Positions 26,303 through 34,192 of a stretch of 64,000 bases of DNA are shown here, one piece after another. How positions within the stretch are numbered: the first letter of the stretch is position 1; each line of letters opens with the position of its first letter. Below the pieces are notes generated by a model that had not been told where the DNA came from, did no database searches, and worked only from the letters and a program-made list of their open reading frames with translations. Origin of the DNA: Candidatus Thorarchaeota archaeon (GTDB lineage: Archaea > Asgardarchaeota > Thorarchaeia > Thorarchaeales > Thorarchaeaceae); contig RDNZ01000003.1 of assembly GCA_011364905.1 (NCBI GenBank), forward strand, positions 227 through 64,226, read 5' to 3'. The translations under genes were made by a program, and so were the position numbers.

Positions 26303-27427
26303 CTACTCCTCGACTTGTGATGCTTGGGCTTTATCAAGAATAAGCTCGTCGAGCTGAATCACTTCTAGATCAGTGTCCCTTGCGTTATAGCTTAAGTTCT
26401 TGTAGCAAGAGATACAGGTCGTGATAATTCCATCGACTCCTAATTCCTCTGCCTCTTTTACTCGTCGCCTTCCAACTGATTCTGAAAGATCAGGGTCTAG
26501 TACTGTGAGAAAACCACCACAACAGTTTGAGTTTGCGCGGTTGTTTTTCATCTCTACTAATTCGAGACCCGGAACTGCTTTGATAATCTCTCTTGGAGGC
26601 TCGTAGATACCAAGAGCTCTTCCTAAATGGCAGCTATCATGGAATGTGTATTTTCCTTCCATCTCTTCGAAAGTCAACACTCCATTACGGACCATGTCTG
26701 CTAAGACCTCAACAGTATGTAGAATCTTGATATCGAAGTTTGGTATGATCTTCGGGTAATGTTCAGCAAGCGTGCCATAGCACCCGCCGCAGCTAGTAAT
26801 TATGTGCTCAACGCCTGCCTTCTTGAACATCTCATAGTTCTTACGGACCACTCTCTCGAAGCCTTCGTCATCCCCTGCCCAGTAATTGAATAGACCACAA
26901 CAAACCTCGCTAGGGACATATCCTGCTTTTACACCCAATTTGTGAAGCATATCAACGACAGATTCAGGTTGATCTGGATACCAGAATGAACCCATGCAAC
27001 CTGAGAAGATTGCTGAGTTTGATTCAGGTGGTAGTTCCAAATCCTCAGCCCAAACAGTTCGGTCCTCTGATTCATATCCAATGAATGGGGTCCCTTCCTT
27101 TTCAATCCAGTCAAGCACTTTCTGAAGAGGTTCTGACATCTCTGCTCCAGTTCTCAGAAGCTGGCCCTTGGCTTGATGCCAGATGTCTGTTACAGGAACT
27201 CCAGCTGGACAGATTGCTTCACAACGTCGGCAGTCTGCGCAATAGAGTCTTTGCAGAAGCTCTGGCGGAGGATTCCTCATTTTAGTAGCGTAAGCTCGTA
27301 GAGCTCTAAGTTTTCCACCTGGACTATCCAGTTCAGACTTTAATTCAATGTACATTGGACAAGTGTCTCTGCAGTAGTTGCATGATCCGCAGTGTCGTAG
27401 TTCCTCTGCTAAGTTATCGATATTCAT
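26303..27427 (-). CDS. CCG-domain Fe-S oxidoreductase (GlcF/HdrD-like), cassette D
   Basis: 374 aa. CGSCNYCRDTCP, CADCRRCEAICP, VCCGLFN..CGGC, and HDSCHLGR..CCGGF..CISC. Confidence 0.85.
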   Translation of the reverse strand: MNIDNLAEELRHCGSCNYCRDTCPMYIELKSELDSPGGKLRALRAYATKMRNPPPELLQRLYCADCRRCEAICPAGVPVTDIWHQAKGQLLRTGAEMSEPLQKVLDWIEKEGTPFIGYESEDRTVWAEDLELPPESNSAIFSGCMGSFWYPDQPESVVDMLHKLGVKAGYVPSEVCCGLFNYWAGDDEGFERVVRKNYEMFKKAGVEHIITSCGGCYGTLAEHYPKIIPNFDIKILHTVEVLADMVRNGVLTFEEMEGKYTFHDSCHLGRALGIYEPPREIIKAVPGLELVEMKNNRANSNCCGGFLTVLDPDLSESVGRRRVKEAEELGVDGIITTCISCYKNLSYNARDTDLEVIQLDELILDKAQASQVEE

Positions 27428-27436
27428 TGTAACACC

Positions 27437-28930
27437 TCACTTCCCCACATATCTTGATAGCCTCCGGAACGCGGTGGCTAGTAAGAACAGAAAATCAATC
27501 CTCCTGAACGAAGTCATGCAGTCCGTCACTTTGTCTGGGTTCATGACTCCTTCGGGGTCCCACTTCGCTTTCGCTTCTTTCATTCTTGACAGACGATCAG
27601 GGTAGGCTCGTGACATATAGATTGAGTTCTGCAGTCCAATTGTGTATGGTCCACCACCCAGTTTGATGGCTTTCTTCATCATCTTATGAAGAATTCCCTT
27701 ACTCGCGATGAACTTCAGATAATGTTCTGCATCAATCATAGCCATTAACTCAAGTCGCATTTCCTCTGGTGTTCCAAGCATGCCAAACCAAAGGGCTGGG
27801 ATCTTATGTGATTCTCGATATGATTCGTAGGATGAAAGCATCTCATACACTTTGTCGATAGGCATCCAGAACTCCTGGAACATCAATGTTTCAGTATGTT
27901 CCTTTGGATTGAACTCAACATCATATCTGAGATCCCAATCCTTCTCTGAGAATTCATCTCCCAGGTAAGTACCATCATAGTTCCCTGTTATCGATTCTAA
28001 TTCACTAAGTGGAAGGAAATCTGGTTCATCGATATAGGTGACGGTGAGTACGTACCTGCCTTTTTCCATTGGATTACTGTACTTCTGCAATTCACTATCA
28101 GCGATATTGAGGTACAATGGCTTTTTCTCGAGTTTCGCCATTTCCATCATCGAGATGCAGAGTCTTTCTAAGTCATGAAAGCAGTAACTGAAAGTCTTGT
28201 ATCCACTTGGAATTTCATGTACTTTTAGAGTGGCCTCAACAATGATGCCCAGTATGCCATAGGATTGCAGAAACAGGTCAATATCATTGCCCTCAACGGT
28301 CTGGAGCTTACCATCGCTTCTCATCACCGACAGAGATGTTGTGTGCTCTCTGAGAGACCCGTAGAATGGTGTGCCAATCCCGCCTCTTCCTCCGCAAGCG
28401 ATCCACCCACCTATTACAGCAGACTTTGCACTTGAGGGGTAGATGCCCAAGGTCAATCCTTCCTTCTCGAGTTCATTCCCCAATCTTTCGAAAGTTACAC
28501 CAGGTTCTACTCGAACAAACATGGATTTTTTGTTGATCTCAATGACTTTATCCATAGTCTTCATGTCGAGTGATATGCCTCCATGCGTTGGGCTTGACGA
28601 ACCCATACAGCTCGAAGCACCCCCTCGCGGGATAATAGGCAACTTGTGCTGGTGTGCGACCTTTAGAACCTCTTGTATCTCATTCACGTTTTCAACCCGG
28701 ACAACATAATCTGCAAGGTATTTGCCTTTCCATCTATAGTGATACTGAGGAAGAGATGAAGGGTCTCCACTGTATACAACTCTCTCGAGCTCAGAATCTG
28801 AAACTCGTTCATCTCCAACAATCTCCTTGAGTTTGTCAAGTATTGAAACTTCCGTTGTGACTGGCGTAGGTTCTGGTTTGTTTGTAGTTTCTTGTTTCAT
28901 TTCGGCCATCTCAATCGCCTCACGGTACAA
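27437..28930 (-). CDS. GlcD-like FAD-linked oxidase, cassette D, with a short amphipathic C-terminal tail
   Basis: 497 aa. LPIIPRGGASSCMGSSSPTHGGISLDM and YPSSAKSAVIGGWIACGGRGGIGTPFYG; it ends ..WDPEGVMNPDKV plus about 30 residues. The first Met overlaps the upstream gene by 11 nt, and Met8 or Met11 are alternative starts. Confidence 0.85.
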   Translation of the reverse strand: MYREAIEMAEMKQETTNKPEPTPVTTEVSILDKLKEIVGDERVSDSELERVVYSGDPSSLPQYHYRWKGKYLADYVVRVENVNEIQEVLKVAHQHKLPIIPRGGASSCMGSSSPTHGGISLDMKTMDKVIEINKKSMFVRVEPGVTFERLGNELEKEGLTLGIYPSSAKSAVIGGWIACGGRGGIGTPFYGSLREHTTSLSVMRSDGKLQTVEGNDIDLFLQSYGILGIIVEATLKVHEIPSGYKTFSYCFHDLERLCISMMEMAKLEKKPLYLNIADSELQKYSNPMEKGRYVLTVTYIDEPDFLPLSELESITGNYDGTYLGDEFSEKDWDLRYDVEFNPKEHTETLMFQEFWMPIDKVYEMLSSYESYRESHKIPALWFGMLGTPEEMRLELMAMIDAEHYLKFIASKGILHKMMKKAIKLGGGPYTIGLQNSIYMSRAYPDRLSRMKEAKAKWDPEGVMNPDKVTDCMTSFRRIDFLFLLATAFRRLSRYVGK

Positions 28931-30116
28931 ATATCTCTCCCAGGTAGATCCCCATTATTCCTAGTATTGTCCAAAGCACCACAGCGGGTAATCCAAGGTT
29001 GCATGTCTTCCATCCACCGAGGTGTGTGATGAACGCTAGTGTTCCAAGAATCACGCTTATGATACCAAGCCACACATGCCAGGCATGCATGAATTGCAGC
29101 ATGTTACTAATGTTCACCAGATACGCAGGGTTCATGACACTCCAAGTTCCAGCAGGTTCCATAAAGAGACTAATGACGTTAATTGATGTCAAAATGTACG
29201 CCAAACCTAACATCATACCATGTATCTTGGTGAATCGCTCTTCATCATAGTATTCGAGGGCAGTCCCGACATAGGCGAGAATCAAGGCTGGTAAGCCAAT
29301 ATACCATCCATAGTGAAACTGAGGAAGAATCAGAGGCTGAACTGGAATCTGACCGACTGTGTACGAACCTATGCCACTCACAGACTCTCCGGCTGAGTTT
29401 CCAGCAACTATACGCCATTGTACTTCTACGTCCTTGCCTAGTCCCGGAATTTCGCCTGTGTACACATTAGCTTGTGTCGTTTCTGTCATGGAAATATTGG
29501 TCCAGCTTGCCCCAGAATCAGTACTGTATTGAAGTCTGACATAATCAACTCCAAGCGGTGATGTGACCTCGACCGTGACAGTGAATGGCTCTTGTGCCTT
29601 TGGAACATCAACACTTGTAGAGGGTTGTCCAATCGCAGGGCCTTCACCTGCTTGTGCTACATTGATAGTAATAGAATGGCTATCGCCATGAGGCGGATCT
29701 TGTACGGCATACACTGTGAGAGTATAGGTGCCAGCAAAACCTGGAGCAGTAATATTGTAAATTACGTGTATCACCTTAGAAGTAGCATCTAGATCCGAGG
29801 CATCGTTATCATCTACAAGTCCGTTCGGACTTGGATATACAATTGTGAATTGACCGTTGTCATCCACATCACTGGGTATTTTCAAAACGAAATTAGGTGG
29901 ACTTGCTTGTCCTGTGGCTTGCACATCCAACTGGAATGTCTGTCCTGAATCCACATCGATTGATGATGTCGCTGTAATCGCAATCCCAGTTGGATCATCG
30001 TGACAAACACTGCAATCGTTTTGGTCTGCAGGATTAGCCATCACATGTCCTGAGGCCAGAACAACCAACAAAAAGACTGAAGCAAGAACTATACCTATCT
30101 TGGTCCTTCGATTCAT
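28920..30116 (-). CDS. Fusion protein: exported monohaem c-type cytochrome + Ig-like domains + His-bearing 4-TM module
   Basis: 398 aa. Signal peptide ..LASGHVMA/NP, a single CSVCH (nt 30000-30014), about 220 aa of beta-rich sequence, then a C-terminal 130-aa membrane domain homologous to the 17091-17501 protein. Confidence 0.75.
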   Translation of the reverse strand: MNRRTKIGIVLASVFLLVVLASGHVMANPADQNDCSVCHDDPTGIAITATSSIDVDSGQTFQLDVQATGQASPPNFVLKIPSDVDDNGQFTIVYPSPNGLVDDNDASDLDATSKVIHVIYNITAPGFAGTYTLTVYAVQDPPHGDSHSITINVAQAGEGPAIGQPSTSVDVPKAQEPFTVTVEVTSPLGVDYVRLQYSTDSGASWTNISMTETTQANVYTGEIPGLGKDVEVQWRIVAGNSAGESVSGIGSYTVGQIPVQPLILPQFHYGWYIGLPALILAYVGTALEYYDEERFTKIHGMMLGLAYILTSINVISLFMEPAGTWSVMNPAYLVNISNMLQFMHAWHVWLGIISVILGTLAFITHLGGWKTCNLGLPAVVLWTILGIMGIYLGEIFVP

Positions 30117-30401
30117 GTAGTGTAGTCCCCGATTCTTATATCGTCGGTCTTATCCCGGATATATCTCCCGGATAACGAACTCGGGGGTAGTCGACCCTGC
30201 TTAAAATCTTACGGAATGAAGAAGTGCACTATCGTTTAGACTGCTCGAAGGTTACAACTTACGTCCAAATAACCATGAATTAGTAGAAACTGTAACCAGT
30301 CATGTCATTCACTACTACAGATATTATATATGCGGATACAATACCAAATCATCCGTAACCATTCTATTTCAATTTGTAAGAGTAAGCTAACAATTTCAAG
30401 A

Positions 30402-30426
30402 GAAAAAGGGAACATATTTTTATTAG
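30402..30426 (+). promoter_or_regulatory. Candidate BRE/TATA element for the multihaem cytochrome gene
   Basis: GAAAAAGGGAACATATTTTTATTAG: a purine-rich stretch followed by an AT box, about 40-60 nt upstream of ATG 30465. Confidence 0.3.
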
Positions 30427-30464
30427 GCTGTTTGTGGAAAAATACTAACCCTATTCTAGGGACA

Positions 30465-31835
30465 ATGGTGAAAAAACCAATGGTGTATTACACTGAAGAG
30501 ACCCCAGGGGTTAACAGGCGATTGGTTGCAGGTTACTACCTCTTCCTTTGCCTAATTGGTTTCGCCATTCTCTTAGGACCTACGGGATCTGGAATACCTA
30601 TCACCGTTATTGATGATAGAGTACGTGAGGCGCATGAATCAGCTTATCCGTATCTTGGAAACGGAACCGTTGAAGGATGTGGCGAGTGCCACCCTGACGA
30701 GTACATGTACTGGAATATGACACTCCATACAGGTATTGGTGTTTGGCTAAATGAAACATCACAAACTGTAACAGTGTTCGGTCACCGTGAGCGGACATAC
30801 CTGGAGTTCAACGCCAGCTGTGCTCAATGTCACGCAATTGGCTGGACACCCGAAAGGAATGTCACAGATTGGCCAAACACACACGATGGTTTTGGCACCA
30901 ATTGTTTGACATGTCATAGCACTACATCGCCGTACTTTTCAACCAATGGCACAGTCTGTGAAGGCTGCCACGTTGGACATGAAGGTACTTTCGTTGACAA
31001 TTGGGTAAATTCGGCTCATGCCAACTCACTAACAGATCTCAGAGCTAGCAGCCATGCATCATCATCATGCATGCACTGTATGTCGGGCGAAGGATTCGCA
31101 ACTCAAACAGATGTGGATCTAAACGGAGATTATAACTCGATAAATTGCCCGGCTTGCCACTCTGTCCACTCGCCAGATGTGGTGAATCCAGCCCAGATAC
31201 GCGCTGTCAATTCCACAGAGCTTTGTGGTACATGTCACTCTGGAACTCGCTACCCAATGTACGATGTATTCAGTGAAGGACCACATGCGCTCACAGGAGT
31301 TGTCGAGTGTACGTCCTGTCATGGCTATCAGCAAGGTGCTCACGGAGCTGTAATGAACCACACATTTCTGGTTATACCAGAAGATGCATGTGGTCAGAGC
31401 ATGGATTGCCACGAAGGCCAGGAACAGTGGGCTATGAGCCAACTTGAAGAGATTCAGTCATCATTTGACTCGTTGGTAACTGATTTCACTACCGAGGCAG
31501 ACGCTTTCAGTACAATAGTAATGGACTACAATGCTACAGCTGGTGCAGATTACACCCTTACAAGCTATGTGATGGGCGTAGTTGACGATGCTTCTAGCAC
31601 TGTGAGCTATTATCAGGCTGATCGTTCCTCTGGTATTCATGATCCAACAGGGACATTCAGTGAACTGAATTCAGCATTCAGAGACCTTCTCAATGCTGAG
31701 GCGTACTACTACGAGAATCTCCCCGCCGGTGGTGGTGGTGGATTCCCTGCAAGCACTCTAATCATTGTTGGTGGAGCTGCTGGTGGTATTGTTGTTGGAC
31801 TGCTCCTAGGAGTATTGGTTGGCAGACGTCGATAG
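30465..31835 (+). CDS. Multihaem c-type cytochrome (7 canonical CxxCH plus variant motifs), membrane-anchored, with a NrfA/octahaem-family-like C-terminal helical region
   Basis: Start re-assigned to MVKKPMVYY... with signal anchor LFLCLIGFAILLG; the track start at 30330 adds 45 non-hydrophobic codons. Motifs: CGECH, CAQCH, CLTCH, CEGCH, CPACH, CGTCH, CTSCH, plus CMHCM and CGQSMDCH. The C-terminal SSGIHDPTGTFSEL recalls the GFHxPxE block of NrfA-type enzymes. A Gly-rich stalk, a TM helix and RRR follow. Confidence 0.85.
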   Translation: MVKKPMVYYTEETPGVNRRLVAGYYLFLCLIGFAILLGPTGSGIPITVIDDRVREAHESAYPYLGNGTVEGCGECHPDEYMYWNMTLHTGIGVWLNETSQTVTVFGHRERTYLEFNASCAQCHAIGWTPERNVTDWPNTHDGFGTNCLTCHSTTSPYFSTNGTVCEGCHVGHEGTFVDNWVNSAHANSLTDLRASSHASSSCMHCMSGEGFATQTDVDLNGDYNSINCPACHSVHSPDVVNPAQIRAVNSTELCGTCHSGTRYPMYDVFSEGPHALTGVVECTSCHGYQQGAHGAVMNHTFLVIPEDACGQSMDCHEGQEQWAMSQLEEIQSSFDSLVTDFTTEADAFSTIVMDYNATAGADYTLTSYVMGVVDDASSTVSYYQADRSSGIHDPTGTFSELNSAFRDLLNAEAYYYENLPAGGGGGFPASTLIIVGGAAGGIVVGLLLGVLVGRRR

Positions 31836-31993
31836 ACGCTGCGAGAAACAAACATTTGTATGGGCGCCCAGATGCCTTAGGCATCTGGCATCCCTATTTT
31901 TCTTACAGCTGCTAGAAGTTCAACACAGCCACATCCGAGTTTTATTGATGGTGTGGAAAATCGCACAAACTATTCCACTGGGAAAGAAAGACA

Positions 31994-34171
31994 ATGAGAC
32001 AGAAAATCCTCTTCACCGCAATATTTGCCGTCGTGATGTTGAATGCACTAGCTTCGGGTGCGAACATCACTGTTAGTCCGAAGTATACTGTAAACAGGGT
32101 AGACAATGCCAGAACAACTGTTTTGTCACAGGAACAGGAGTACAACATATCTTCATACAAAAACTACTCGGATGCAACTCTAGCCATAATGATGGCCAAG
32201 CACCTGAACATAACGACTGGTGTGGTTTTCCATTCAGTCACTGGGAATTTGTCGGCATATTCTGTAGAAACCAGTCTATCAACTTATTATTGGGCGATTG
32301 CGGCTCTGTCAAGGGCATACACCGAAACAAACAATCAGACTTACAGCATCGTTATGAGCCGGATTGCCAATAAGATGGTTAGTCTTTTCGAAGACCCTAC
32401 CTATCCCGGCTTTTATGTAAACGAGTTCTCCGATCTTGAGTTGAGGCAGACTAAGAGACCTGGTGTCCAAGCCTATGCCTACTGGGCACTTGAAATTGCA
32501 GAATCAACCAATTCCTCTCTTGATTTCACAGAGGAAAAAGAGAGTGCACTGACGTGCGTAACAGATATGCTCTATGATTCCATTTATGGTGGCTTCTTCT
32601 TCTACACGATGAGAAACGGTTCGTTAACTGTACCATCGACTTTCTCTGAGGTTTACCCTAATGATGGAAAAAGACTGGACCATCTTGCTCTTGCGACAAT
32701 GCTCCTTTATGATGTTGGTCAGTCTACAGGGAACACTACGTTGGTTGAGATGGCTAATCGTTCTATTGGATTCATGCTTCGCTACATGCCGTACTACTAT
32801 AATATGGAATTCGTGGGACTGAAGCTCGCAGTGAGCCGAAGTGGTGGGTCTCTCACAGTAGATGTGGGAGATAGAGTTGCATATTCCGTTGTTACAGACA
32901 TCAATGCTATAGCGATTAGTGCTCTAGTCAAGGGGTATGGAGTAACAGGAAATGCTACCTATTTAGACTCAGCAAACCAAGTCTTTGAAGCATTATTTAC
33001 AAACAACTGGGACGGTGTCAATGGAGGGTGGTTCTCAGAGGTGGTTGATGGTGAACCATATGATCCTCTTGATGATGAAGATGTGAAGTATTACAAATAC
33101 ACAGAGATTCAATTCCAGATGATCATGGCATTGGAAGACTTGTACGAAACCACAGGTTCAATTTATCCCATCAGGATTGCTATTGACACTTTGGAGCTAG
33201 TGCTTTCAAACTTATGGGATTTAGAGGATGAAGGCTTTGTAAGTAACTCCAACCAGGTCTGGGAGGTTTTCGCCGAAGACTGGGAGATTCACTATACGAC
33301 TGTACAAGGACAGGCCTTTATTGGTCTGGAACGCGTTTGGAGCTATGGATTACCAATTGTTAGTCGGGTGAGAGTGACTCCAACAAATCCCCGACCTGAA
33401 GATAACGTCTACATTTCTGCAACAGCGCTTGATGATGATGGAATTGAATCTGTCTATGTAAACTACTCTCTGAGAGTAGGAAGCAACATAACTCATGGTA
33501 TTCTCGCATTGTCCCCGCATCCTACTATTAATGGATTGTACAACAGCTCAATTGGGACTCTACCTGATCAATGCGCGGTGAACTTTGAGGTTGTGGCTAA
33601 CGATACAACAGGTCAAGTTTTCGTAGCCGGAATATACTTCTTCATCGTGCGTGCAGACATCTTTGCTCCCAGCATTGATCTATACGCCATTTACCCCACA
33701 AGTGAGGTACGCGTCGGCGATGATGTTGTTGTGGATATGGTGACAACTGAGTTTCCGCCACATAGCTCTACAAACTCGTGCGAGATTTGGTGGAGAGTGA
33801 ATGCTGGCGCATACACACCAGAGAACATGACCCCAATCGGATTTGATGGCACTAGCATCATCTGGCGATTCGAACTCGGGCAGTTCCAGAAAGATGATAA
33901 AGTTGCATTCTTCTGCCTAGTCACTGATGAATCTGGAAATGTTGGAGAGAGCCGGTTGTTCCTCCTCACTATTCTTGGACCCAAAATCAATCTTACACCA
34001 TTCTCAGCTTTCCAGATAGTGGCTACGATTGGTCTAGTTGCCGCACCTGGAGTTGGCTATGCCTACACAAAGATGCGAAAAGGAGGTTACAAAGAGGCAC
34101 AGCGTGAAGGAAAGAAGGAGGCACGCAAACGGGCAAGACGACGAGGTTCGAGGAGGAGGAGCAGAACTTAG
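31994..34171 (+). CDS. Large exported, probably N-glycosylated protein with a helical-repeat (alpha/alpha-toroid-like) region, Ig-like C-terminal domains, a TM anchor and a basic tail
   Basis: 725 aa. Signal peptide MRQKILFTAIFAVVMLNALASG, many NxS/T sequons, a C-terminal helix IVATIGLVAAPGVGYAY, and a KR-rich tail. No catalytic motif recognised. Confidence 0.6.
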   Translation: MRQKILFTAIFAVVMLNALASGANITVSPKYTVNRVDNARTTVLSQEQEYNISSYKNYSDATLAIMMAKHLNITTGVVFHSVTGNLSAYSVETSLSTYYWAIAALSRAYTETNNQTYSIVMSRIANKMVSLFEDPTYPGFYVNEFSDLELRQTKRPGVQAYAYWALEIAESTNSSLDFTEEKESALTCVTDMLYDSIYGGFFFYTMRNGSLTVPSTFSEVYPNDGKRLDHLALATMLLYDVGQSTGNTTLVEMANRSIGFMLRYMPYYYNMEFVGLKLAVSRSGGSLTVDVGDRVAYSVVTDINAIAISALVKGYGVTGNATYLDSANQVFEALFTNNWDGVNGGWFSEVVDGEPYDPLDDEDVKYYKYTEIQFQMIMALEDLYETTGSIYPIRIAIDTLELVLSNLWDLEDEGFVSNSNQVWEVFAEDWEIHYTTVQGQAFIGLERVWSYGLPIVSRVRVTPTNPRPEDNVYISATALDDDGIESVYVNYSLRVGSNITHGILALSPHPTINGLYNSSIGTLPDQCAVNFEVVANDTTGQVFVAGIYFFIVRADIFAPSIDLYAIYPTSEVRVGDDVVVDMVTTEFPPHSSTNSCEIWWRVNAGAYTPENMTPIGFDGTSIIWRFELGQFQKDDKVAFFCLVTDESGNVGESRLFLLTILGPKINLTPFSAFQIVATIGLVAAPGVGYAYTKMRKGGYKEAQREGKKEARKRARRRGSRRRSRT

Positions 34172-34192
34172 AAAGAAACAGGAGAGAGAATT

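Noticed and set aside
30330-30464. Longest-ORF starts from the track for the multihaem cytochrome, and likewise 36319, 47743, 49358, 56463, 61026 and 23750
   Set aside because: The N-terminal extensions overlap upstream genes or lack signal or family sequence. Internal ATG or GTG starts sit right at the upstream stop codons or restore the expected N-terminus by comparison with paralogs.
31720-31835. PGF-CTERM/archaeosortase sorting signal at the C-terminus of the multihaem cytochrome
   Set aside because: The sequence is GGGGGFPAS..TM..GRRR. It resembles the general shape of such a signal, but the diagnostic PGF tripeptide is absent (GGF instead). The other exported proteins here end in plain TM anchors, so this is not enough to make the call.
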